64,000 nucleotides of DNA, taken from positions 448 through 64,447 of the forward strand of contig CAISGE010000021.1 in assembly GCA_903884815.1 (NCBI GenBank), written 5' to 3'. This document shows, in pieces, positions 18,386 through 29,900 of this stretch. The position numbers and the translations under genes are program-made. The stretch is from Candidatus Omnitrophota bacterium (lineage in GTDB: Bacteria; Omnitrophota; Omnitrophia; Omnitrophales; Aquincolibacteriaceae). The notes under the pieces are model-generated. The model ran no database searches. It saw only the letters and a list, made by a program, of their open reading frames with translations, and was not told where the DNA came from. Every line of letters starts with the position of its first letter. Position 1 is the first letter of the stretch.

Positions 18386-18832
18386 ATGAGCCTGATGGAA
18401 CAGATCGAAAAGGACGTAATCGACGCGATGCGGGCCAAGGATACGGTCAAGTTGTCGACGCTCCGGATGCTTAAAAGCGCTGTTGGCAACTATTTGATAC
18501 AGGCCAAAAAGGACAAAGCGGATGACGCCGAAGTCCTGAGCCTTATTGGCAAGCAGGCAAAACAGCGCCGTGAAAGTATTGATAGCTTTGAAAAAGCGGG
18601 CTGCAAAGAACTGGCGGATAAAGAGAAGAGCGAACTTATGATCCTGGAAGCGTATCTGCCCAAGCAACTCTCCGATGAAGAACTCAAGGCGGAAGTCCAG
18701 AAGGCCATCGCTGCATCCGGTGCCACTAGTGCTGCCGACATGGGAAAGCTCATGAAGGTTCTAATGCCCGCCATTCAGGGCAAGGCCGACGGCAAGCGCA
18801 TTCAGGAAGCCATCAAATCCATCCTAAAATAG
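18386..18832 (+). CDS. yqeY: GatB/YqeY-domain protein
   Basis: 148 aa; MSLMEQIEKDVIDAMRAKDTVKLSTLRMLKSAV...LPKQLSDEELKAEVQKAIAASGA is typical of the YqeY family. RBS AAAGGAGAAA. Confidence 0.85.
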   Translation: MSLMEQIEKDVIDAMRAKDTVKLSTLRMLKSAVGNYLIQAKKDKADDAEVLSLIGKQAKQRRESIDSFEKAGCKELADKEKSELMILEAYLPKQLSDEELKAEVQKAIAASGATSAADMGKLMKVLMPAIQGKADGKRIQEAIKSILK

Positions 18833-19076
18833 CCGCCAAAGCGGCGGTCTATCAGCCTCCTGAGATTCTCTAGGCTCTCCCTATAGATTACTTTACATAA
18901 GATACATTATAGGACGTTATATTGTTTAGAAAACAGTTCTCCCCCTGTAGAGATTAGTAGACCTTCTCAGAATGAAACTCAGTCACAACTCACCCTGACA
19001 CGCTATAACAAATATTTTTATCGACCTACGCAAAAAGCCGTTACAACAAAATCAAGAATCTCATATAATAAAAAAC

Positions 19077-20879
19077 ATGGGGAGAAAAAGCAGGCTAAAA
19101 GCGCATATCCGGCTAGACAAACATAAGAGCGATATTCATTCTGAGACATTGGAGCCACCGGGCGCGCCCTTCCCCTGGCCCCTCCTTTTCTGGCTGAGTG
19201 TCATCACCCTGATCCCTCTGGCACAGGTTACCACCTTCAGTTTCCTGAATTTCGACGACAGCCAATACATTCTCAAAAATCCCTTGGTCAGGACCGGCCT
19301 CTCCGGATTCAGCATTCAAGCGGCCTTTCTGTCAAGCTACGCCGCAAACTGGATTCCGCTCACATGGATCACGCTCATGGCTGAGGTAAATCTTTGGGGA
19401 TTCCACGCCGCGGGCTTCCACACAACCAATCTTTTTCTTCACATCTTGAGCGCGTCGCTTCTTTTCTTGTTCCTGGGCAAAGCAACCAAGCACTACGGCC
19501 GCAGCTTCTTCGTGGCCTGTTTTTTTGCGATCCACCCCATGCACGTTCAGTCCGTTGCCTGGATAACCGAGATCAAGGATGTCCTCAGCACGGCACTCGC
19601 GTTCACCGCCATTCTTTTTTATGTCCGAAAGCCCGGCCGCTTTAATCTTGGATGCTTCGCGTTCTACCTGTTAAGTCTTTTATCAAAACCGATGTTTGTC
19701 ACCATGCCTTTCATTCTATTGATACTGGATTTTTGGCCGCTGCAAAGATTGAATCTCTCGAACTCATGGAAGCGCGTGATTGAGAAAATCCCGTATTTGA
19801 TCGTGGCGTATTTCGTATCCAGACTGACCCTGTGGGCGCAGACTTCGGCAGGAGCCGTCCAAACATTCGAAGATCTATCCTTACCGCTGCGGCTCCAAAA
19901 CAGCGCGGCTGCCTGTGTGAGCTATATAGGAAAGCTATTCCTCCCGGCACGCCTATCCATCTTTTATCCTTACGCGCAACACATCTCTCCTTTGAGCACG
20001 ATAAGCTCCTGCGCCATTCTGGTTGCGATAACGGTCGCTTGCGTTCTCCTGCGGCGCGCAAAACCCTATCTTATTGCGGGCTGGCTCTTTTTTCTTGTCA
20101 CACTGACACCCGTGATTGGCATCATCCAGGTCGGATCCCAGGCCATGGCCGACCGCTACACCTATGTGCCCTATGTGGGGCTCTTCTGGATGTTATCATG
20201 GCTGTTATTTGATTTTTTTCAGGGCAAGTCGAGGGGCAAGCGAAATCTCCTCATCGCGGGAATCCTAATACTTCTTGTACTTACTCAGCGGACCTACGTC
20301 GAGGCAAAATACTGGAAAAACGGAACGGCACTTTTCCAGCGCGCCGTGGATATCAATCCCAACATTTCTCTGACCCAGTATCAACTGGGCGTGGCTTTTC
20401 ATGATGAGATGCTTTACAAGGAAGCCAAAAAACATCTCCAAAAAGCCCGGGAATTGAACCCGAAGGAACGGGAAATCCTCAATCAGTTGGGCCTCGTGTT
20501 TGTCAAAGAGAACAACCCTGCCGAGGCAGAATCTCTGTTCAAGAAAGCTATTGAAATGGATCCCGCTTACTTTATCGCTTATAACAATCTTGGCGCGCTT
20601 TATTGGAAACGAGACCCGACGCTTGCGCTAAAAGCATTCCAGAGAGCCGCCGAGATCAACCCTGACTACGACGAAGCGAACCATAATCTTTTGATGCTAT
20701 CCCTGCAGCGATGCTCCATTCAAACCGTCTGGCCCTTGATACCCCAGATGACGCGATTAGCACGAACCTATACCCCCATAAGAAAACCTCTTGATTTCCT
20801 GATCCACCTTCCGGGCAACACTCCTTTGGAAAAAGAAAACTCATGTGTTGACTCGAAATTCAAAAGAAATTCTCCTTAG
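19077..20879 (+). CDS. Polytopic membrane protein with C-terminal TPR repeats (TMTC/PMT-like or DUF1736-like glycosyltransferase-type architecture suspected)
   Basis: 600 aa with ~10 hydrophobic segments in the first ~400 aa, then TPR-like repeats (YQLGVAFHDEMLYKEAKKHLQKARELNPKE..., AYNNLGALYWKRDPTLALKAFQRAAEINPDY). Preceded by a 244-bp AT-rich intergenic region. Confidence 0.6.
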   Translation: MGRKSRLKAHIRLDKHKSDIHSETLEPPGAPFPWPLLFWLSVITLIPLAQVTTFSFLNFDDSQYILKNPLVRTGLSGFSIQAAFLSSYAANWIPLTWITLMAEVNLWGFHAAGFHTTNLFLHILSASLLFLFLGKATKHYGRSFFVACFFAIHPMHVQSVAWITEIKDVLSTALAFTAILFYVRKPGRFNLGCFAFYLLSLLSKPMFVTMPFILLILDFWPLQRLNLSNSWKRVIEKIPYLIVAYFVSRLTLWAQTSAGAVQTFEDLSLPLRLQNSAAACVSYIGKLFLPARLSIFYPYAQHISPLSTISSCAILVAITVACVLLRRAKPYLIAGWLFFLVTLTPVIGIIQVGSQAMADRYTYVPYVGLFWMLSWLLFDFFQGKSRGKRNLLIAGILILLVLTQRTYVEAKYWKNGTALFQRAVDINPNISLTQYQLGVAFHDEMLYKEAKKHLQKARELNPKEREILNQLGLVFVKENNPAEAESLFKKAIEMDPAYFIAYNNLGALYWKRDPTLALKAFQRAAEINPDYDEANHNLLMLSLQRCSIQTVWPLIPQMTRLARTYTPIRKPLDFLIHLPGNTPLEKENSCVDSKFKRNSP

Positions 20880-20999
20880 ATTATTCTAAAATTCCTCGCA
20901 GCAATTTGAGGTAACCCTGAGTTTTGGTGGGAATGGGACCGGACGACAGACATCCGCTATTTTTTAAATGAGGAAGTGGCCCTTGGAATTCAGGACCTT

Positions 21000-23900
21000 T
21001 TAGGCAGCAACCGCGACGGAATTCTGAGCTTCGAGAGCGTTGAGGACCGCCTGAATAAACTCATTCCGCAAACACTCCGCTATCGAGAAATAGCCCGTCT
21101 CTTTATTTGAAGCTTGCTTCATGAGGTCCTTGAACTGATCTTTGCCGATCGACGCCGCCAATTGCGAGATCGCAAAGATCCGCTCGCCCAATCTCTTGCC
21201 TTCCTTGTCACTGATCATGACAATGGCGCCCTTATCCATCAGGCGGTTCAACACTCCACGCGCGCGCACAGACGCCAGAAGCTTCGGATTGACCGTCAGG
21301 ATGCGATGCTCCATCGAAGCGCCGCTCTTGGCTTCCGCCAAAAGCTTCGCCTCAAGCGCTTCGAGGCCCTTCACTGAATGATAATCATTATTGACCCCCG
21401 GAATATTGAGCAAGCGCGGCTCGTCAATACCATAGACCATCGATCGAACATTCTCGATCAAGGCGTCCATGCCGGAACGGTATTCAATGGTCGCTTCCAG
21501 GATCTGCAGAGCTTTCTCGTAGGCAGCACTCTCTTTGGGAAGGTTTGCCAGCACGGTCAGAAGGAATTCCAATTCGTTAACGACGGCAGAATGGCGAGAT
21601 GTTCCCGCCGCCTGGTCAGCCGCCTTTAGGGACTCAATTGTTTCTCGGTAAGAATCTTTCTCGTCACCTCCGAGAGCGTGGCGCAATTCATGCCGCAACG
21701 CCGATTCCATCGCATCAAGAACCATCGCTTGATCCAGAGCTCCCGAAGCATTGAAGACATCCACGAATTTTTGAGAGAGTACGATCTGTTTCGTGGTCTC
21801 GGTCTCCATATAGAAAGCCGATTTCCCAAGCGGAACTTGCCCAATACGGACGGAGACGCCCCTCTCACGTTCAAGACGCTCCAAAGCGTTCCTCTGGATT
21901 GCCGGCATGGAACCTCGGACCGTCCGGAGCAATCCTTCGCTTGCCACCTGACGAAAGCGCTCCGCATACCTTCCGGCATTCTTGAATCCCCCAAGCGAAA
22001 GAGCCGCCGGATCCGCATCGACCGGCAAGCCGGCACCCGCCGATCGCAACTCCGTCCGTCCACCCATTTCAACTGATGCTGCTGGCATCTCAGACGTGAC
22101 AGACTCTGGTTCATTTGTGGCATTTTGTTGAGACTCTTGTTCTTCAAGCCGGGTTTTTACCCAGTCATGCTTTGAGAACACATCAAACACAAGGAATATT
22201 CCGATACTTATCGCGGCGCCGACAGGGCCCGTGGTGACAGTCGAGATTCCGGCAATGCCCGCATATTTAAGAAAGGTCCCCAAAATACCCTTAGCATCTC
22301 CGCGAAGGGCACGCCTGAACAGGGTGTCCTTCGACTTTCGGGTAAGGATGTCCTCGATAGGCGCAAGCAACGCAATCGGAGCAAAAAGGCCGCTCAACGG
22401 AATAAGGAACGGCAGTACCTGGTATCCATACTGTATAGCGGCTGTCTTCTTCCAGGAACTCGGCTTAGCGGTCACAGGCCGCTCCTTCATAAGCCCAGTC
22501 GCCGAGCTCGACTGAGATTCGGCAGAGGGAATACCCGTGCGCTTTTCCGCGCGCACCGCAACAGGCCCCGCCGGCTGAGCAGCGGCAGCATTCGCGGCCA
22601 TGCGCAATTCCGGGCGCCCTGAACCGGCCGCAGGCGCTGGCGGCGGGAGTGCGGCCATTGAAGCCTGGGACAAGTTATCAACAAGGGATTTCAGGGTCCC
22701 GGCCATTTGATTAAGTTCATGGATATTCGTCGACTCAAATCCCCGCAAGTGCGCGTAGTAGCCGCTAAAGACATTAAAAACAGCCTCGATCTCGTTCCCC
22801 GTGGATTTATCCGCGTCAAATTGTCCCGTCTGAATATTGAAGCGGCGGATATGGTAGAAATCCCCATTGCTGTTCTCAGACATTTCGCCTTTGTGCGCAT
22901 CATCCTGAGCGCCCGACGTTTTCCCGTCAATCAGGATACCCTGCGTGCCCAGGACCCGAGCCGTGACATCTTTGTATTGAGCTGCGCTGCCGGGAGCCGC
23001 CACATCAATATAATGCTCGATATTTTGGGAGGGCATAAAGCCTTCTCCCGTAGACTCGATCTTCTCATAAGCCGGTTCTCCGTCATCGCCGACCGTCACT
23101 CGCTCGCTCGCAGCGCCGCGGCCATAATCATCCTCTGTTTTTTCAGTCTGATTCTGGCGGTCCGCAGAATAAACGCGCCGCACCCCCGTCAGAACATTTT
23201 TCAGCATCTGATTGAAGGGTTTACTTTGTACCGCGTGAAGGACGCCAAGCCCGACTTCTTCCCCCGTCGTCACAAGAAGACGGATCTCGCCTTCGTGCTT
23301 CGGCTCCCGGACTAAGGCGATGATCGTGCTCAGGATTATGGCGAGACCGGCCCGGTTATCGGCTCCGAGAGCCGAAAGCGGGTCTTTGGCGCGAATATTC
23401 CCGAAAGCGTCTATCGTTGCCTCAAGATCAGTCGCAACCTCGGGACGTACGTCCACGTGAGCTATGTGCAGGACGGGATCCTCTGTCGTATCGGGATTCT
23501 TCGCCGCGATCCTCACGGCCAATCCCTTGCCCGGAATCTGCTCGATCGCGTACTGATCCGAGGTGAGACCGGCGCTTGCGAGAAGCCCCACGAGGAGACT
23601 CCTTGTTTGATCCAACGCCAACCCCTCATCACGGATAGAAACCTTCGAAGGATCCAGGAGTTGGCTCAGGATGGCTTGCACCGATGATTCGTCATGGACA
23701 CCGTCCGTCAGCTTGATCGGCTGATAATCCGCGACATTATGAACAAGACCGAATTCCTGATAAAGAGCACCACGCAAGGCGTTCAGAGCAATAGCGGAAG
23801 CATCGCCGGCTTCCGGATGAGCGTTCAGATAGCTAACAAGTTTCTCATAGCCCTTCCCCGTATGGGCGCGCAGCGCACGTTCGATCAGACGGGCCTTGGC

Positions 23901-26900
23901 CCGGCCCTGTTCCTGGAGATCCATTTGCTCGGCCTGGGGCTTCAACGCTTCCGATGCGAGGAGCTCGTCTATCAGTTTCTCGGCATCCGCCTTCGCCTTA
24001 CCCAAGGTGATCGAACCGTTAGGCATCAATTGATCGCTCAAGGCATGAACGATGAGGTCGTCCGTGAGATCGTTCTGTTGCAATTGATCGGCAGTCAAAT
24101 CATCCAGCAGGACGAGATCGGCGGCGTTCGTTATATACTTTCCGAACCGGACGGCCTGAGATCCATGAAGCAGATACAGCCGGAAGAATGACCGGAATGA
24201 CGCCTTCATGATTTCCGAGCTGAAGTTATGACCCCGGGCGTAACTTTCGAGTTTCCTGTCGATCCCTTCCCAGTTATAGGTATGTCCGTGTTCCCGGTCC
24301 TGCAACTGCTCGATGATCTGGCCGAAGAAGTTAAAAACTTCCTCCATCATGATCATGCCATGTGAATCGCTCCGCGAGTACAGGTATGGGCGGGGTTGCG
24401 TGACATGCTTATATTCGTGTTGCGGCGACTGTTTCCACCAGTAATCGGCGCAATAGACCATCCCCGTTGACGTGAACCAGTTGGGACGCCCCTTGCCATC
24501 TCTCGCAATTTTGTATTCATGGGCCACCGTCGCTTCCGCACCCGTCGACTGAACCCAGTTATTCTTCATAAAGTCATAATATTCACCTATCTCCTGGACG
24601 ATATCTTCGGCAACATTAAAAACGGGCACCCCCATGTTGGTGTATCCATGCTTCGACATCCATAGGTCCATCCGCTCTTGATCCGATAGACCTGCGTCTT
24701 CCGGCAGGTTCGCCGTGGCGGGGATTGCCATGGAGGTTCCCAAACCGTCCGATTTCTCGACACGGCCCGTGGTCGGATCAAAACGGGCAACCCCGAAAAA
24801 GATCTTCCCTTCCCTCATTTTCGATTCGATGAAATCGACGAATTTAGCACGGCGAGCCGGATCGATCTGAAGCCGGTGACTCCCGTTCTCGTTATTTTCC
24901 ATCGTGAACACGTAGTATTCGGCCATCGACCGATAATCGCCCTTGGCGGTAGCTTCTCTTATAAACGCGCCGAAATCTTCGACCCCACGCAAATGCCTTG
25001 CGGTTGATAAAAGGTCCAAGGCAGAAAGTCTTTGCGCCGTATCGTTCGTGAGTACTTCCGAAGTGACAGTCCCGTCGCGGCCCATACGCTTGGCCGACAA
25101 GCCGCTTTCCGTCGCGCGTTTCAGGAATAGTTCATAGGCTTTGGCATAGGCCTTAATCTGCTCCAGCGCTTCCTGGGCCTTCTTTCCCGCAGACTTGTAT
25201 TCATTGAGCTTATCATTGGAAACCGATCGCTTCGCCTGGGTGATCGTCGCGGGAAGCAGAATCATGATCTTTTCCATGAGCGGCACAATATCCTGGAGGT
25301 CGGTCATTCGACCCGGAGTGCGATTGGCCTCAGACAGAGGATCCAGCAATTCAGAAAGTTGCTGTCTCAGCATCATGAGTTCATTGTCACCGATGTCGAT
25401 CTTCTGCAGGGACTTCAGGAAAGCCTGGATCAGCCCATAACTTGATTGCTGCAAAAGAATATCTCTTTCTTTCTCATCGAATTCGCCATCGGTTTGGATC
25501 AACCGGATAGCCGATCTTGCGAAATCGGCGCCTTGAATGAAGTGATCAAAACCGGCCAACCGGGCCGATTCCATGAGCCGGATCATCGCTTCATAACGAT
25601 CCGAAGAGCTCATAACTGCAAGCATATCCGCCCGAGCCTTCTCGTTCGCGTTTTTGAGATCCTCCGCGAAAGCTACTTTTTGGGCTTCGATAATGGCGAT
25701 CAAGGCGCTGTCTTGCACGGGATCGAGCCGGCTGATCAGATGGTTCAGCATGCTGACATCGTCGACAGGAGGATTCCCCTGATCGCGCGCTTCGATCATC
25801 TGATCCACGATCTCCATGAACCGGTCTGCCGACGGCTCCTGTTGCGACAAAGCGCTGCGATAGACCGGCAAAAGAGCCCGCGAAGCGGCAAATTCGGTCG
25901 AGTACGCCGAGATCTTAAGCCAATCGTCGAGCAGTAGTCTCTTTCCCGGATCTGGGATCTGGGCGATATTCTTAAGCTCCTCCAGAGAGAAAAATATTTC
26001 GTTCAGCCGAATCCCGGGAACACCGTTGTTTTCCACGAGCCGCGCATCGGCCAGCAACACCTTGCGTCCGTCCGGGCTCATCACAGGCGCGAAACTTTTG
26101 CCGTCCGGCTGGCGGGTATAAAGCACCGGCCCGACATCGCGCGTATGCTGGTTAATGTTATCAAAGAGGAAGACATCCTGAACTGCCCCGTCGACTATAT
26201 TGAGATCGGCAAATCCACCCTCATGGTTCGCGCCGCCGCTTGAGAGCTTCAGCACGTCTCCGTCGAAAGCGACAGAGAGTGCGGTCACGAGATCATGACG
26301 CTGGAATTCCATCGCACGACCGAATTCATCCAGAATTCCGGCCAAGACCACGCGACTTCCGTCCACCATTGCCGAAACTCCCGATCCGGCCTCAATGCGG
26401 ACCTTATCCGGGCTGAAAAACACCTTTACCCCTCGCCCTCGGTTCGTCTCGGCGATCCACTGTCCGCCGTGGAATTCAAAATTCGTAACCTGCTGACCCG
26501 AGAGATTGACAAGGGGCGCGCCGGTATGACTCACGATCTGATTTCCGTTTAGAATGAACCGCTCCTTCATTTTTATTTTCGCTTCGGCCGCCAAGGCGGA
26601 AGGGGTCAGTCCGGACGTCAGAGTCAGACCTTTCAAATTAAGGAAAAGATCTTCCGAGTTTGAGAAAACAGCACCTTGCGCCTGCAGATCCATCAGAAAT
26701 TTATCGACTTTGTTTCCATCCGTCAAACCGAGCCGGACCAGAAGTTCAGCATCCCGGAGCGATTTGAGATTAAACGCTATACCCCCGTCGAGCATGATCG
26801 AACTGGCCTGAAGATCCAGCCAAAGGTTCGCCGCCTTTGCCGCCGTCTGAAACGCGTCCGTTTGGCTCCAATCCGTGTCACGCCACAACTCGAAGATCTG

Positions 26901-29900
26901 GCTCACGCTCAACCTGTCCTCTCCCGCGAAGGCCTTCACAAAATGCAGCTGGTTTAAAAAATCACCGAGTCTCGGCCGGATCACCAAATTGATGTCCTTC
27001 AGGATATCGGCTTCGACCCGTGCAAGATTGCCCTGGACACGGGCCGCGGCAATGGCCTGCCGGTGAACTCGCATTTGATTCTGCGACGGGGCAAGTTCCG
27101 CAGCAAGGGCAAGGACCCGGCTCATCACGAGTGCGGCGGGATTGGAATACTGGCCGGAGGGACCGGAAATCCTGATCTTCTTAGTGGGATCCGCCGGGTC
27201 TGTTACCTCAAAGCCAGTACAATCCAGGAAATCAAAGAGTTCGTCCGCGCTCATACCAATTCGGGACACACCGATGATCGTCGCGGCCTGCGACACAACA
27301 TCGCGGACTTCGGTTCGCCGCTCCGTGGAGGACGTGCCCGCCCGGTCGACCCCGCTTGCCAGCACCGAAAGAGCGAGGGCCTGCCGGAGAGCGCCCTTGA
27401 AAACACCCTCGGAGAGCTGCTGATAAGAAGCAAGCGGCATCCTCCGGAGCACCTGATAGAACGCCAGGGGATCAATCACTTCACCCCACTGATCCGCTTC
27501 CGCACTACTGAATCCGGCCTTTTTAAAGACCTGCCCCGTGATCATGGATTGTTCGGACAAGGTTACAAGCTTCGAAAGCTGCTCGGGCTCCATTTGTTGC
27601 AGAGCGTCCAAAACCGTGCCGCTCAGGTTCAGATTCTTGGCAAGGACCGCGCGCCGCTTGGCCTGCTGGGCACCGCCCGGCAACGCCAGCATTTCGGACA
27701 CGATCAGATCCCAGACCTTGACAGCTCCCCCGCGCGGGAGGGCGCCACGAAGCTCCGTGATATCTTCAGTGGTTAGACCATAGCCCAGCAACTGATGATA
27801 GATAGTCAAATAGGATTTCCAATTATCGAAACCGGTATCGCCGAGAAGAGATTTCAGCCAGCTTGCCTGAGACTCAAGATGCGACTTCATCTCGTCTTCA
27901 TAATTCACGCTAAACACAACGCGCCCGGCCTGGAACCTGGCCTTCAGGAGGGAGTTGTTTGTGAGCAGTTGGCGGAGATTCGCGTCCTGAATCTTCGCAA
28001 CATCAATCTTTATCCCCGCGACATTCACAGTTCGGATTTTTGTTGTATTATCTGTCTGAACGGGCGCCTTATACTCACCATTCAGGGTCTCAAGCATCGC
28101 CCTGTCTTTGTCGGGAGTCCCCTCGGTAAGCTCCGACGCCTGCACGGTAACTTCGCTCGCCCGCCTCGATGCGTCTAGACCGGCCCGGGCACCTATCCCG
28201 CTCAATTCCGGCGCGAACTCGACGGCAAAACCCAGAGCAATAGCGATCATCGTGTCCGCCCGGGACGCCACATCGGTTTTAAAGCTGAGATTCCCGAAAA
28301 ACTCCCCTTCATACTGGCGCCGCCGCTGCGCTTGATTGATCGCCTCAAACTCAACACCCGCCCGTTCGATCACAGTACCGGCTGTCTCCACGGCCTCCTG
28401 GAGAGACCGCCTCACGGGTTCGCTTAGCTCTTTTCCGGCTCCCTTCGTGAGAAAGTTGTTAAGTTGATCTTTCGCCGTTTTCGCTCTTGAGCGGACAAGG
28501 CTGTTCACCGAATGAGGTCCGGAAACATAATCGTCGCCCCGTTCCATATCATAATCGCTGCCGTAATGGCGCATCAGTTCAATATTGAATTCACAAAGGA
28601 TCTCGCGCTCCTTGACGCCCTGGGCGCCCTGCGTAAAATTCGCCCGGAACATCGCGTCGCGCATCGGGTTGAACATGAGTGCGAAATCCATGAGCTGGCC
28701 GGTAAGGGAACGCGCTGTCGCGTCCGCCGCGTGGGCGCTGTTCAGCGCGTAGCTGAGGAGGAACTGCTCTTCCTTCGACAATTTCTCCCACTGCCCCTCA
28801 TGCACATTCCGCAGCCGGTCAAGAAGCTCGACGATGTTCTTCGGTCCGTTCTCGCCCAATTTATTCCCATACTCGTAGGCTTTTCCTGCGGGTGTATCCA
28901 TCCGCTCAAGAAAAAATTTGCGCCATCCGTCAATAGCCTTGAAATCAGAGAACACACTCATTTGGCTCTCAAGAAAATCCTGATTCTGATAGACCACAAT
29001 ATCCGCGTCATAGCGATCCTTGTCGCCAAACTTCACTTCATTGACAGGCTTAAGCGTTTCCGACAGAAAACTACTCCCCTCCTCTGTCACCCGATCCGCC
29101 GCAGACCGATCACTTGAAAGAATCTCGCTCAGTTTTCTCCCGTCCTGTCCTTTTCCCAAGGCAGTTTTGAGCGCGGCACTATAGGTCTCCCAATATTTTG
29201 AATTAATCTGATCAGCAAGATCTTGGGACGTTCCCCAGAGCCCCGATTTCCCTTCCGCGTAAGCCGAGACCATCGCTTCAAAAACCTCGTGCATGGCGAT
29301 CGTACGGCCAATACGGCCTTGGTTCTGAATCAACATAACGGAGGTGATCTCCGGCGTGAACCCGGCATAAAGCATATTTTCACGCTGATAATCGAAACCG
29401 ATCAGCGCGTGCTGGGCCGCCAAAACGATTTTCTCCTCGCTCCCCTGGTTGAACTTATCAACAGAGGGCTTGACGCTCTGCTGGCTTTCATAGGTTCCGT
29501 CGATCACAACGATCTGGTCCACCTTGATTTTCTCTTTTACCAATTCCGCTTTAACCAGGTCGATCATCGTATCCGTCGAAAAGCCCGACAGAACCGACCG
29601 CCGTCCCTCTTTAAACGCTGCGATTAGCTCTCGAGCGATAAAGTTGGCTTCCGCTTCCTGTGACTTGAAACTCGAAGGTTTCCAAGACTTGAGCTCGAAT
29701 GATTTCTTGGCTTGTCCCGGTCCGCGCGTCTTCTGAGAAAGAAGTTCATGGATATAAGCATCCGCGAACTGTCCACCCTTTCCGAAGATAACTTCCGTAT
29801 TCCGGCCGGCGATCATTTTCGCCTGCATGCTCACTTCCGCCACAGTGCCCGACATTCCGTAAGCGGCAGAAACCCCGCCAAAAAGCATAAAGATATCGGC

